Assembly: GCA_038523235.1 (NCBI GenBank)
Contig: JBCBJQ010000008.1
Span: forward strand, 1 to 64,000
Direction of reading: 5' to 3'
Length of the DNA stretch: 64,000 nucleotides
Source of the DNA: Cyanobacteria bacterium J06626_4
GTDB taxonomy: Bacteria > Cyanobacteriota > Cyanobacteriia > Phormidesmidales > Phormidesmidaceae
The translations under genes were made by a program, and so were the position numbers. The notes below the pieces were generated by a model. That model was not told the DNA's origin and made no database searches. It worked only from the letters and a program-made list of their open reading frames with translations. Below are positions 21,901-31,272 of this stretch, piece by piece. Numbering within the stretch: the stretch's first letter is position 1; every line of letters starts with the position of its first letter.

Positions 21901-24123
21901 GAACAGCGCTATGCCAGCCTGGCGGCCGCCGCACCCGTGGGCATTTTCCGCACGGATGCCATGGGCAATGCCACTTACCTCAGTGACACGTGGTGTGCCA
22001 TTGCGGGTCTCACCCAAGCAGAAGCCCTGGGCGCAGGCTGGAAAGCAGCGTTGCATCCCGACGATCACGACAAGGTGGCCACCGAGTGGGACCAGTCTCT
22101 GCAAGACAATCGTCCAGCCCAAATTGAATGTCGGTTTCAGCGTCCTGACGGCGCCATCATCTGGGTATATGAACAATCCGTCGCTGAATACAATGCGGCC
22201 GGAGAGATCATTGGCTGTGTCGGCACCATTACCGACATCACAGCTCAGAAGGCGGCAGAGGCCCAACTTGAACAAACCAATGTCGAATTGCTCAGAGCCA
22301 CTCGTCTAAAAGATGAGTTTCTAGCCAATATGAGTCATGAAATTCGCACCCCGATGAATGCGATTTTGGGCATGACTGAGCTCACCTTGGGGACGACTCT
22401 CACAATTCAACAGCGCAACTACCTCAATAAAATTGAAACGTCCGCTGGACTGCTACTCCACATTATCAATGACATTCTGGACTTCTCGAAAATTGAGGCG
22501 GGCAAACTGACGTTAGAAACGACCGACTTTAGCTTAGATGCCGTATTAAGCAACTTACATTCCGTTAACAGCCTGGAAGCGCAGCGAAAGGGACTAGAGT
22601 TCACCTTCGAGATTGATGCTGACGCGCCCCGTCAGCTCGTCGGTGATCCGCTGCGATTGGGCCAGGTTTTACTCAATCTCGTTTCCAATGCCATCAAATT
22701 CACCGAACAAGGATCAGTGACTATTCGCATCCGAGCAGTCACTGCAACCGCCGAAGCATGCACCTTGCACTTTAGCGTCACCGATACTGGCCTGGGTATT
22801 AGCCCACAGCAAAAGGCTCGACTATTCCAGGCATTCTCCCAGGGCGATACCTCCACCACCCGTCGCTTTGGGGGCACCGGATTAGGCCTGATTATTTCCC
22901 AACGCCTCGTGCAACTCATGCAAGGAGAAATTGGCATGGAAAGCACCCACGGGCAGGGTAGTACCTTTTGGTTTACTGGAGTCTTCCAGCAACCAGCAGA
23001 AAACCAGCCAAACCATCCTCATCCCCTGGTCAGTATCATCACTCGGATCCAAAAACGGCGGCCTCAGCACCTAGACGGGCTATACATTTTGCTTGTGGAG
23101 GATAACGAAATTAATCAGGAACTCGCCCTTGAGTTGCTCACCCAGGCAGGGGCCTGCGTCCGCGTTGTCCCGAATGGCCAGGAAGCCTATGACTCTGTGC
23201 AACAGGAAACGTTTGATGTGGTGCTGATGGATTGTCAGATGCCAATTATGGATGGGTATGCGGCCACCCGCTTGATTCGAGCGTTACCGGAAAGGGGGAA
23301 GATGCCCATTATTGCGATGACCGCCAATGCCATGAGTGGCGATCGCCAAAAATGTCTAGATGCTGGCATGGATGACTACATTGCCAAGCCCATTGTGAAA
23401 GACCACCTATTGGCGATGATCGCCAAATTTATCGATCCCCCCCCTTCTGCTTCTGTGCCCTCTGGCTTTTCACCGACCTCTCAAGCTATTGATGCATCCC
23501 CCACTTCAGGGTTTAGCGCGCTCTCATCATTCGATTTGGATTTGGGGTTAAGGTATGTTGGCAATAATCCTCAGCTTTATGCCAAATTATTGCAGCAGTT
23601 TTTGACTAAGTACCCACCATTTGCGGAACAAATCCACCACGCGCTTCAGGCAGAAGACTATGCCGAGGCCACTCGTTTGGTCCATAGCCTGAAAGGCATC
23701 TGTGGCACCTTGGGCTGTATTAATTTACAGCAACAGGCGCAAACCCTTGAACATAGTCTTAAGGAGCACGAGGGTAGCTTTGATCAAGCGGCCCTATCGA
23801 CAGTAATTGCGACTCTTACCCAAGTCTTAGCTGAACTCGCAGCATGGTCGCAGACCCAAGTAAAGCCATTAACCCCAATCCTGAGTCCCCATACCGTTGA
23901 CTGGCAGGCAGCTAGTCAGCTCATCAATTGCATTGAAGCAGCTTTAGATACCGACTTGGGCACCGCCTTAAAAGACCTCAAATCACTCCAAAACATGCTG
24001 CAAAGCGCGGTAGATGCCAAAGCATTGCTAGAAAAGCTCACCATGGCGCTAGATGAATTTAGCCTCGATGGGGCTCGTGAGACTTTAGCGGCCTTGCAAA
24101 AACTCGCTCAAACTCATCACTAG
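15943..24123 (+). CDS. Hybrid sensor histidine kinase: CBS pairs, cyanobacteriochrome GAF, about 11 PAS, second GAF, HisKA, HATPase, REC, Hpt
   Basis: VGILTERD CBS motifs; GAF with DSCL and CH motifs; repeated DISDRK PAS ends; [43 protein letters not shown] Hpt. Confidence 0.95.
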   Translation: MASSVTTLSRQELQSAIVRDPLVVTPETPVIETIALMSGRRSQCDRDRDAESQALALQLEARAGCALVVSDGQVVGILTERDVVQLGAQQTCLEGLPLTEVMTQAVVTLKESDFTDVFVALDLLRHNKIRHVPVVDDRDRLVGILTHETLRQLSRPGDLLRLRSVAEVIVPHVFSATPSTSMLAVAQLMAAEHISCVIIVEPDESVRPEVLNSGAADSTAPSCLPGRIDGETAALQIPIGLLTERDLVQFQALGLALDQHHAGAFMSSPVFAVKSGDSLWYAQELMERHFIRRVVVTGDHAELLGIVTQSNLLQVLNPLELYHLTGVLETQVETLEAEKIALLESQATVLEAQVRARTAHLQAQAEQNRLVADLALQIRSSLNLPVILQTTVDRIQAILGCDRVTIWQFDADWTNTVVAEATTSEVSLLGARVQDSCLQSGTGQLAAAFGQGQIRIVPDIHAVEMSDCHRELLMRLYTRAKVLVPLLCDGELWGLLQASESQQARDWQPHEVELLQSLANHLAIAIDQATTHEKLAAELQLRRETETRLSESEQRYAALTDAVPVAILRSDQAGHIIFLNERWSQLSGLTVEASLGEGWIAALHPEDRDWVVARNQASVLQGVAFQHEYRLLRPDGQVVWVYEQTEVEHNADGQMMGHIGTLTDISDRKEAELALHQSEARYSAVVDALPDLVIRMSREGIYLDFFATDNYKFFGNPQDYVGAHVADAFPPDLSQRRLQAAQTAIATQSVQVYEQTFVNEGQPQIEEVRIVPYTDDEVVLIIRDITQRHQAAMALRELEQENQAILAAMPDLIIVIDANETFIRCSYNAELSEIVPIHPQPLGLSIRELFPPPEASRYSTAVKRVLQTRQVEVFEQQLQFDDGLHYEEVRVVPYQNNQVFGIVRDITHRKQAEIRLTESEQRYATLAATVPVGIFRTDVVGHCIYVNDRYSQISGFSAAETLGTGWRNAVHPEDIAWVTAAWQQANEQKTTFRREFRLLRPDGQIVWIYVQAEVERDVTGQMIGYVGTQTDISDRKQAELAIQNLIEGTAATGSDFFPSLVIHITQALGVPYGLVSELRDGKLYVLAFAANGTLKPTFSYSPSPTPCKFALRDGQFYVESSVQEKFPEDPDLLEINADSYLGIAIPNSQGQAIGTLCILDTQPIQQTQRAEEILRVFAARASAELERLQAQLALEQLNAELEQRVEQRTQELASSEQDLQTIFDNVYEAILIHDFNGTILDMNDRCLEMLGATREQILAASISDFAAPDAPIEQIPELIQRVWAGEEVRLEWRDQRVDDGRIIDIDLSLRKVTLGNRPVIIASARDISDRKAAEQQLQILSTRLKLAIKSAQIGIWDWHESDRLSWDQRMFEIYDVQPEAFNVTYRDWATLVHPDDLAQYEAGIRDRTENHENENAQEFRIIRPDGEIRHVLTTALIERDAQGNAIRIVGTNIDITDRKQAELQLQALNRRYELVLESSQAGLVFWNIIEDTAELSRRFVQMLGSDDTQHPELSSFTGFAKRIHPEDLPEVQAALQAHFERQEKCSVEYRIRHLAGHFVWIWASGQAIWDEAGRPVQMFIAVQEISDRKQAEALLRQRSEALARSEQDLRTIFNNVYDGVMIHDWDGSILDVNNRYLEILGATREQVMAASFADFTAPGVSAAQITDILRQVADGQHLRFEWPVQRLNDGTPWYADVSLKNVVLGNRSVIIASTRDVTDRKMAEQALQDSQARFRRMTDNVPGMIHRYVLHADGSDELTYVDSQIRDIFELEPKAVLQDATLIWARVHPDDVPRVAAAVQESAVTLQPFTSEHRLQLPKKGLRWVQIFSRPERLANGDVAWDGFVMDISDRKASEGELQRLSDRLELALASAEIGIWEWNFQTEELSWDDRMLAIHGVRRAAFRGTFQDWADRVHPADFAQASPDFSDSNDHFVNEFRIIRPDGAIRHLFSAALRQRDEQGQPTRVVGVNLDISDRKAAIEQIRASEQRYASLAAAAPVGIFRTDAMGNATYLSDTWCAIAGLTQAEALGAGWKAALHPDDHDKVATEWDQSLQDNRPAQIECRFQRPDGAIIWVYEQSVAEYNAAGEIIGCVGTITDITAQKAAEAQLEQTNVELLRATRLKDEFLANMSHEIRTPMNAILGMTELTLGTTLTIQQRNYLNKIETSAGLLLHIINDILDFSKIEAGKLTLETTDFSLDAVLSNLHSVNSLEAQRKGLEFTFEIDADAPRQLVGDPLRLGQVLLNLVSNAIKFTEQGSVTIRIRAVTATAEACTLHFSVTDTGLGISPQQKARLFQAFSQGDTSTTRRFGGTGLGLIISQRLVQLMQGEIGMESTHGQGSTFWFTGVFQQPAENQPNHPHPLVSIITRIQKRRPQHLDGLYILLVEDNEINQELALELLTQAGACVRVVPNGQEAYDSVQQETFDVVLMDCQMPIMDGYAATRLIRALPERGKMPIIAMTANAMSGDRQKCLDAGMDDYIAKPIVKDHLLAMIAKFIDPPPSASVPSGFSPTSQAIDASPTSGFSALSSFDLDLGLRYVGNNPQLYAKLLQQFLTKYPPFAEQIHHALQAEDYAEATRLVHSLKGICGTLGCINLQQQAQTLEHSLKEHEGSFDQAALSTVIATLTQVLAELAAWSQTQVKPLTPILSPHTVDWQAASQLINCIEAALDTDLGTALKDLKSLQNMLQSAVDAKALLEKLTMALDEFSLDGARETLAALQKLAQTHH

Positions 24124-24251
24124 GGCGCGTCATCAATTAAATCTAGAAGCCTTACGGAACAAGCATTATCGCGCCCGCATCTCGGCAACTAACTAGGGCC
24201 TGTATTCTTCTCGCCATAAGGGTTTAACGGCGACCGGATAACAGGCCCTAG
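24120..24251. mobile_element. CTAG-bounded MITE (IS5-like ends)
   Basis: CTAGGGCGCGTCATCAATT...ACAGGCCCTAG; a homologous copy lies in the opposite orientation at 58163-58293. Confidence 0.75.
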
Positions 24252-24280
24252 AGGTTTGAGCGGTATTGCAATGGCGTTTT

Positions 24281-25048
24281 TTACCCCTTAGCTACAGCAC
24301 TCTTACGCTGCATGAACATGCCTGCCCCAACGACTGCCATCACCCCAAAGATAGTTGCCGGTTCTGGAACAGAGACAGGCTTCGAGGAAATTGCCCCAAC
24401 CGCATCGATATCGGCACCAGCCCATCCTTGGCGATAACGATTGTCGCCGTTGTCGGTAATTTTTACGTAGGAGAACTTATCGTCAGAGGAAAAACCATAG
24501 CTATCGATGTCGATGCCTGCATGTTGAGTACCGCCGATCTTGCCTAAAGACGCCCAAAGATTGCCGTCGGTACTAATTTCAACCAACATGTTTTCGACTA
24601 ATCCACCGGCTTCAAAAATCCACAGGTCATCTCGGTCATCATCACTTCCGACTAAGAAATTATCGGTAAATTTGACGGTTATCGAGCCACCGTTGCCTAA
24701 GGAATAGTCATCTCGGTCAGCGATCGCGACCTTGTTTCCAGCCCATCCAGAATTAGGTGCGCCCAGAACAGACAAGGGGTTATCGAATACTGCTGCCGAC
24801 GCTCTCCAGTTTTTGGCATAGGCCTCTTCCTTTGTCAGCCCGTCAGCATAGACTTTATTAAAATCGACCACTTCATCAGCGAAAGAAGATTCTCCCATCG
24901 GAAATTCAACGCCTCGCAATGTGAAGGCTGAAGCCGGAACTGTCATTGCGGTAGCCAATCCTAAAGACGCAATCATAGCTGCGGCATAGCGACTGAGTTT
25001 CGAGGAAAAGTTATGAGTCTGTTGCTCGGTTACTTGTGCGTAGTTCAT
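24281..25048 (-). CDS. PEP-CTERM sorting domain protein
   Basis: Signal peptide ending PASA-F; C-terminal VPEPATIFGVMAVVGAGMFMQRK (VPEP, transmembrane helix, basic tail). The start codon is uncertain. Confidence 0.9.
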   Translation of the reverse strand: MNYAQVTEQQTHNFSSKLSRYAAAMIASLGLATAMTVPASAFTLRGVEFPMGESSFADEVVDFNKVYADGLTKEEAYAKNWRASAAVFDNPLSVLGAPNSGWAGNKVAIADRDDYSLGNGGSITVKFTDNFLVGSDDDRDDLWIFEAGGLVENMLVEISTDGNLWASLGKIGGTQHAGIDIDSYGFSSDDKFSYVKITDNGDNRYRQGWAGADIDAVGAISSKPVSVPEPATIFGVMAVVGAGMFMQRKSAVAKG

Positions 25049-25128
25049 AGAAAATGTACTCAATTGACTGATTACATTCAGTTTCGCTAACGGGTGTTGG
25101 CGTTTAGGTATACGGTGTTGGGATGTCC

Positions 25129-25149
25129 GTATAACTTGCTGTATAACTT
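25129..25149 (-). promoter_or_regulatory. Tandem AAGTTATAC boxes upstream of the PEP-CTERM gene
   Basis: Minus strand reads AAGTTATAC-AGC-AAGTTATAC (12-nt period), resembling the AAGTTnnAC box of the XssQ regulon. Confidence 0.5.
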
Positions 25150-25726
25150 CTCGAAAACGTGCTCTGATTTGGCATTAGTAAGGCACTACGACATCAATCC
25201 ATTGATTTAGCTCACTAGAAACCGGTATAAAACGTTTCTTTACATACTCCGTGCTCAGTCCTGGCAGCATTTTTCCATGCCAGGAGAAATCTGGCTAGTA
25301 GAAGGAACACAAAATCAACTCGTTTTTGGTAGTGCTAAACAGGTAAGGATGACTGAAACAATCTCTCTGTCAAGGCTGTGCTGAATCAATCCGGTTTGGG
25401 AGCCTCTAAGGATCTATTGAAATCAGAAGGCACAGCACTGATTTTTTCGTGGATGTCTGAGTGATGTTGCGACAAAACACTTAGATGGGCAGGATACTTC
25501 CGGGCCAAGAAATTCACTACGAGTCCTCAAAGCTTTGTGTTAAGGCCTTTAGGTCGATCCTTAGCACTTATGGATTACCTCGTTTTTTATTGGAATAAAT
25601 CCTCGAAAATACTGAATTTTGATAGGAAGGAAAATACTGTTTGTAAAGTGATAATGCCTGTCGGTTTTCGAGGGCGAGATGGCTATACTTAGGCTGAAGC
25701 TCTCATTAAGAGGCTGCATATTTCAG

Positions 25727-28700
25727 ATGACTTATCCTAGCCATTGGCTGCAAAGCCTGATGATGCGTGAGCCAGTCATTGCCTCGTCTTCGACGTCTGT
25801 GTATGAGGCTGTTGCGGCGATGCACCAACGGTTTGCGGTGGATGAGGCAGAGCCTGAAGATGGCTGCGTGGTGGTGCTGGAAGAGGACAAGGTCAAAGGA
25901 TTGTTGACCGCACCTGATGTTGTGGGCCTGGCAGTGCAGCAAAGTGATTTGCACACATTGACCCTCTCTGACGTCGTCAACAGCAAGGCGTTGTGTTTGC
26001 CAACATCAGCATTCACAAATATTCAGAGTGCGATCGCTTGCCTCGAGCAATATCCCAATAATTTTTTTGTGATTGTTAATCAACAGGGAAATTTTATCGG
26101 CTTAGTTACTCGCAAGAAACTATGTCAACTGGCTTGCTTACCGGAAAATCGACTGCGTGAGGTCATGCAAGCAAAGTCAGATATGTCTGCCAAAGAGCAG
26201 CGGTTTGAAGCGTTGGCTGCGATCGCCCCAGTGGGAATTTTTCGTGCTGACTTGAATGCCAGCTACCTCTTTGTCAATTTTGTCAATCAACGATGGTGCG
26301 ACATCACGGGACTCACTGTTGAACAAGCTTTAAACCAAGAATGGCCCAACATTTTATATCCAGACGATCGGGAGCGTGTGACGACAGCCTGGTATCAGGC
26401 CGTGGCAGAACGGCATCCCTTTCATCTGGACTATCGATTGCAGCGATTTGACGGCGAGGTGATTTGGGTTAACGAACAATCAGCCCCGGAACTGGATGCC
26501 GACGGCAACATGATTGGCTATGTCGGCACCATTGTCGATATGAGCGAACATTATGCCACCCTCACGGCGCTGGCTGATTCGCAAGCGCTGTATTCCAGCA
26601 TCCTGTCGAACATTTCTGATGCGGTGTTCATTACGGATGATGATGGTAAGTTGACATTCATTTGCCCCAATGTCGCCACGATTCTGGGATATTCAGCCGC
26701 TGAAATCAATGCTCTCGGAAAGATTCAGGCTGTTTTGGGCACCGATTTATGCGATCACCAAACCCTACAAAAACAAGGAGAGCTTACCAATATTGAGCAG
26801 GTCATTTTTGATAAACACGGCCATGAGCACACCATCCTGGTCAATATCAAACAGGTAGAGGTCGCTGGGGGCTCGATCCTATATACCTGTCGCGATATTA
26901 GCGATCGCAAGCACGCTGAGTTTCAACTCAACCGTTCTCAACAGGTTTCCCAAAACGCCGAACGCATTGCCCGCATTGGCAGTTGGGAACTCGATCTGCA
27001 AACTAACTTGATGTATTGGTCAGAACAGGTTTTTGCAATCTTCGAAATTGACCCCACCCGCTCTGTCGCTTCCTACGAAGCGTTCCTCGATACCATCCAC
27101 CCCCAAGATCGAGAGATCGTCAATGCGGCCTATACCAAGCATCTCAAGCACCAGCAGCCCTACGACTTGGTGCATCGACTTTTGCTGCCAGATGGCCGGA
27201 TTAAATATGTGCGAGAGCATTGTGAGACCAGCTTTCACGAAGATGGATCGCCCCTCATTTCGCGCGGCACCGTGCAAGATGTTACCCAACTCAACCGAGC
27301 AGAATTGGAACTCGAACGGCTCAATACCGAGCTAGAACAGCGCATCGAACAACGCACCCAAGCGTTGCTAGAAAGCGAGACTCGTTATCAGGCTTTGGTC
27401 GATCATGCTCCGGATGCGATTTTGCTGGCTGATGCCCAAGGCCACCTGCTGGAAGGCAACACTCAGGCCGAAAATCTATTAGGCTACACTCCAGAAGAAT
27501 TAAGGCAATTGCATTTCACCCAGCTGCATCCTCCGGAAGAGCGAGAAACCGTTCAGAAAAGGTTTGGAGAACCAGCGGTTGAGACGCTCATCGCCTGCAA
27601 AGACGGCAGCATGAAGCCGGTCGAAATTTCCTCCAGTCGTTTTACGGTCAATGGCAAAACTTTTGTCCAGGGCATTTTTCGAGATATCACTGAGCGCAAC
27701 CAAGCTGAATTGGCGCTGCAAGCAAAAACGACGGAACATGAACTGGTTTTCCAAGGGTCGGCGGCGGGGCTCTGGACATGGGATATCCAGACTGGAGAAG
27801 CGCATATCTCGTCACGTTATCAGCAGATATTAGGTTTTGCTGATGATGAAACGGTCATTACCTCTTTTGAGGATTTTGCAGAGTTCCTCCACCCGGACGA
27901 ATGCTCTGTAGTGGAGGCCTGTATCAGGCAGCACCTCGCCCATGAAGGCACCTACGAAATGGATTACCGCTTACGCCATAAAGCGGGTCATTATGTGTGG
28001 GTAAATGCCAGTGGCCAAGCAATTTGGGATGAAGACGGTACCCCCCTCTTTATGGCCGGTTCCATACAAGATATTAGCGATCGCAAGCGTGCTGAGGCCG
28101 ACCTCAAAATCAGCCAAGAACGCTACCATTTGGTGATTCAAGGCGCGGGTGGCAGTATCTGGGATTGGGATATTTTGACCGATACCAACTACATGTCACC
28201 CCGATTTAAACAGTTGCTGGGCTATGGCGAAGAGGAAATCGATGATTGTCTGGAAGCCTGGAAAGCACTAGTCCATCCTGACGACATAAATCGCATCTGG
28301 GAACTACACCACGAGCACCTACAGCACCGGGTGCCGTTTGTCGCTGAGTACCGCATGCGTCGCAAATCTGGCGAATATATTTGGGTTCGGGATACGGGAC
28401 AAGCGATTTGGGATGATGCCGGTAATCCCACTCGGATGGCTGGATCGACCATTGATATTAGCGATCGCAAGCAGGCCGAACTACAACTTCAGCAAACCGT
28501 TGCCAAACTGGAGCAGGCGACTAAAGCGAAGGATGAATTTTTGGCCAATATGAGCCACGAAATTCGTACGCCGATGAACGGCATCGTCGGCATGACCCAG
28601 CTCGCCCTCGACCACCATCCCACCCCGACGCAACGCCACTACCTCACGAAAATTGCGACTTCGGCGAACCTCCTACTGCGCATTATTAATGACATTCTCG

Positions 28701-29683
28701 ACTTCTCGAAAATTGAGGTCGGCAAACTCAGTCTGGAGGAAGTGCCCTTTGACCTGGATACCCTTCTGGAGCAACTTGTGGAGCCCAATCGCACTGAGTG
28801 CGATCGCAAAGGCTTAGCGTTACTCGTTGATATCGCCCCAGCAACCCCCCGGCAATTGGTGGGCGACCCCCTCCGGTTGAACCAAATCTTGCTTAACCTG
28901 GTGGCCAACGGCATTAAATTTACCGAAACTGGTTACGTCGAAATCGCCATCAGCCCCATCGAGATTTCCCCTACCGAGTGCACCCTCCAGTTCAGCATCA
29001 CCGACACCGGCATCGGGTTGAGTCCAGAGCAGCAGTCTAGGCTGTTTCAGGCATTTTCCCAAGGCGATTCTTCCACCACCCGGCGCTTTGGCGGCAGTGG
29101 GTTAGGCCTCGCCATCTCAAAACGACTCACGACTCTGATGCAAGGCGACATTGGGGTTGAAAGCACCCCCGGACAAGGGAGTACATTCTGGTTTACCGTT
29201 GTCTGCCAGCGTCAAATCGTCAATCAAGTGGGGCCCCGATCACTTCCTGCCAGCGTTCTGCCACCCAAACCATTGCGCCAGTCACCTTGCCTAGCTGGCT
29301 TGCGCGCCTTACTGGTGGAAGACAACGAAATCAATCAAGAACTGTTCATCGCTTTCTTAACTGAGGCAGGGGCTCAGATTACCCTGGCCCAAAACGGTCA
29401 AGAAGCCTACGATTCATTTCAACAAGCGACCTTTGATGTGGTGCTGATGGATTGCCAAATGCCGGTGATGGATGGTTTTGAAGCTACCCATTTGATCCGT
29501 GCTCTGCCCCAGGGAGAACAGATTCCCATTATTGCCATGACCGCCAGCGCCATGGTGGGTGATCGGCAACAGTGCCTGGCCGCTGGCATGAATGACTACC
29601 TGACTAAACCCATGCTCAAAGAAGACTTCTACGCCGTCATCCAAAAGTGGACAAAGCGCTCAGCCAAGACTTCCAATAGTTGA
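25727..29683 (+). CDS. Hybrid histidine kinase: CBS pair, 6 PAS, HisKA, HATPase, REC
   Basis: [38 protein letters not shown]; the C-terminus is paralogous to the upstream kinase. An alternative start is at 25679. Confidence 0.93.
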   Translation: MTYPSHWLQSLMMREPVIASSSTSVYEAVAAMHQRFAVDEAEPEDGCVVVLEEDKVKGLLTAPDVVGLAVQQSDLHTLTLSDVVNSKALCLPTSAFTNIQSAIACLEQYPNNFFVIVNQQGNFIGLVTRKKLCQLACLPENRLREVMQAKSDMSAKEQRFEALAAIAPVGIFRADLNASYLFVNFVNQRWCDITGLTVEQALNQEWPNILYPDDRERVTTAWYQAVAERHPFHLDYRLQRFDGEVIWVNEQSAPELDADGNMIGYVGTIVDMSEHYATLTALADSQALYSSILSNISDAVFITDDDGKLTFICPNVATILGYSAAEINALGKIQAVLGTDLCDHQTLQKQGELTNIEQVIFDKHGHEHTILVNIKQVEVAGGSILYTCRDISDRKHAEFQLNRSQQVSQNAERIARIGSWELDLQTNLMYWSEQVFAIFEIDPTRSVASYEAFLDTIHPQDREIVNAAYTKHLKHQQPYDLVHRLLLPDGRIKYVREHCETSFHEDGSPLISRGTVQDVTQLNRAELELERLNTELEQRIEQRTQALLESETRYQALVDHAPDAILLADAQGHLLEGNTQAENLLGYTPEELRQLHFTQLHPPEERETVQKRFGEPAVETLIACKDGSMKPVEISSSRFTVNGKTFVQGIFRDITERNQAELALQAKTTEHELVFQGSAAGLWTWDIQTGEAHISSRYQQILGFADDETVITSFEDFAEFLHPDECSVVEACIRQHLAHEGTYEMDYRLRHKAGHYVWVNASGQAIWDEDGTPLFMAGSIQDISDRKRAEADLKISQERYHLVIQGAGGSIWDWDILTDTNYMSPRFKQLLGYGEEEIDDCLEAWKALVHPDDINRIWELHHEHLQHRVPFVAEYRMRRKSGEYIWVRDTGQAIWDDAGNPTRMAGSTIDISDRKQAELQLQQTVAKLEQATKAKDEFLANMSHEIRTPMNGIVGMTQLALDHHPTPTQRHYLTKIATSANLLLRIINDILDFSKIEVGKLSLEEVPFDLDTLLEQLVEPNRTECDRKGLALLVDIAPATPRQLVGDPLRLNQILLNLVANGIKFTETGYVEIAISPIEISPTECTLQFSITDTGIGLSPEQQSRLFQAFSQGDSSTTRRFGGSGLGLAISKRLTTLMQGDIGVESTPGQGSTFWFTVVCQRQIVNQVGPRSLPASVLPPKPLRQSPCLAGLRALLVEDNEINQELFIAFLTEAGAQITLAQNGQEAYDSFQQATFDVVLMDCQMPVMDGFEATHLIRALPQGEQIPIIAMTASAMVGDRQQCLAAGMNDYLTKPMLKEDFYAVIQKWTKRSAKTSNS

Positions 29684-29961
29684 GCAATGGCCTCCAGCTT
29701 TTTCGGAGCCAGATACTCATGGCGTGCGATCGCTTGTTGCCGAAGATTCGGTGGAAGATATTCCGAGAGAGGGTAGGCAAGTCTGCGTCATTTATAGCAT
29801 TGGGTCAGTTCCAGCCGATGAACCAGCCTTGATTGAATCAGTAGACCGTCCGCTCTTGGAGACATGGTTGCGGGGATGCTTAAACGCTGCCCAGATTGGT
29901 TTAAGTTTGGGGTAAAGGGGTATTTTAAGTGCCAAAAACCTTGCGGTTTATAGGTTGAGTC

Positions 29962-30008
29962 TTAGCTTCCCAAGCTGAATGTCGACGGTTCGAGTCCGTT
30001 CACCCGCT
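29962..30008 (+). mobile_element. 3' fragment of tRNA-Gly(CCC), probable att site of an integrative element
   Basis: Anticodon arm TTAGC-TTCCCAA-GCTGA, T-arm GACGG-TTCGAGT-CCGTT and acceptor 3' strand CACCCGC-T. There is no D-arm or properly spaced 5' acceptor strand upstream. Confidence 0.85.
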
Positions 30009-30230
30009 TTCAAGCGTTTAATCCTCAAATGCTTTACAGAAAACGGCTTCAGCCATTAAGGTGTTGATTGCTTTTTGGCAAAGTGGCCGTGACTTTGGGG
30101 CAGTTTGGGGGTAAAAACTGGTACGAAATTGGTATAAACCTCTGGGCACGAAAATCAGATTGATGGGGTCTGGGATAACCGTAGATAACCGCAGGGGGGC
30201 AGGCGATGTACTTTACCCCCACTCCGAACT

Positions 30231-30377
30231 ATGGCTAAAGGACAAGTTAAAGTCGAAGTCTATGCCGAGCGCTTTCTGGCGCAGGTCGAGACTATCGAGG
30301 GCAGGCATCGGCAGTTCTCCAAGCTCACATCCACTTTACCTGACCTGACCCTTCTACGGATTGCTATAGCAGCGTGA
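30231..30377 (+). pseudogene. Possible N-terminal stub of a tyrosine integrase (arm-binding/DUF3596-like start)
   Basis: MAKGQVKVEVYAERF... resembles the start of cyanobacterial tRNA-associated integrases and lies about 220 nt downstream of the att fragment. The ORF ends after 48 aa. Confidence 0.45.
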
Positions 30378-30620
30378 TGGTAGCGAATAGAGCAACGGTT
30401 CTACGAATGAAATAGCCCATGACTGTCTACCCTTAGCGCAGTGGAGATGAGACGTGTAAAGTGGTTCGTCATCGATTGGCGGCTTAATGTCTATATGACA
30501 AAGGGTTTAGCCCCTAGCGGGTGTTGGGGAATGGGGGCAGTCATGCGGGTGCCGTGAGGTTGGATCATCGATGGATAATTCGTCCTCGCTCGAACGTCTG
30601 CTCCCGTGTTTTGCCGATCA

Positions 30621-31265
30621 CTAATCAGATAGCTGCAGGTGTCCCTGATAGCCTGTCACAATGCGACCGCCATCTTTGAGAATGTGTACCTCCATTTGAT
30701 CACTGGCCCAGGTCATTTGATCCTGCAGGGTGGGATTAAAGACATGCACGCGCTGATTCTTAGAAGACACCAGCGACGTCGGCTCGTGAATCGCCAGAGA
30801 TTCCACATAGGGGCCGTCCACTAAGATATCCAACAGCGCTAACAGCGCCTGAGCCCCCGCCGGGGCCGCTGGAGCCTGGAGTTGCTCCAGCGTGAAACCG
30901 GTAAATGACATCACCGTTAAGCCCTGGGCCTTGATTTGACGGGCCACCTCAGCCAGAGCCGGTGCCTGCCAGAACGGTTCGCCCCCCGAAAAGGTCACCC
31001 CGGTGTTGTCAGAGTCGCTCGTAATCCGAGTCACCAGATCGTCTACCGCAACCATCTGATTGGGTTCAAAGGACCACGATGCGGGATTAAAACAGCCTGG
31101 GCAGGCCCGCAAACAGCCCTGCACCCACACCACGGCCCGCAGGCCCGGCCCATTCACCTCAGAGCGATCGACATAGCCCATGATGTTGAGATGATGGGGT
31201 GGAATCTGAGCGAGAGCCTGAGTCAGCTCAAGCGGGGGATTGAAAGCAGCCATCGTCGTTTTCAT
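30621..31265 (-). CDS. Radical SAM protein, anaerobic RNR-activase (NrdG-like) family
   Basis: NGPGLRAVVWVQGCLRACPGCFNP (CxxxCxxC), GVTFSGGEPFWQ, DILVDGPY, SKNQRV. Confidence 0.85.
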   Translation of the reverse strand: MKTTMAAFNPPLELTQALAQIPPHHLNIMGYVDRSEVNGPGLRAVVWVQGCLRACPGCFNPASWSFEPNQMVAVDDLVTRITSDSDNTGVTFSGGEPFWQAPALAEVARQIKAQGLTVMSFTGFTLEQLQAPAAPAGAQALLALLDILVDGPYVESLAIHEPTSLVSSKNQRVHVFNPTLQDQMTWASDQMEVHILKDGGRIVTGYQGHLQLSD

Positions 31266-31272
31266 CTCAACG

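Noticed and set aside
21563..22309. 248-aa (+) and 225-aa (-) alternative ORFs inside the kinase
   Set aside because: Off-frame or antisense to a well-supported gene and without recognisable motifs.
29630..29865. Minus-strand frame [31 protein letters not shown] as a pseudogene
   Set aside because: It looks protein-like, but I recognise no family and it overlaps the kinase 3' end; a BLASTX search would be needed.
29937..30008. Intact tRNA-Gly gene
   Set aside because: No D-arm and no correctly spaced 5' acceptor strand; treated as an att fragment.
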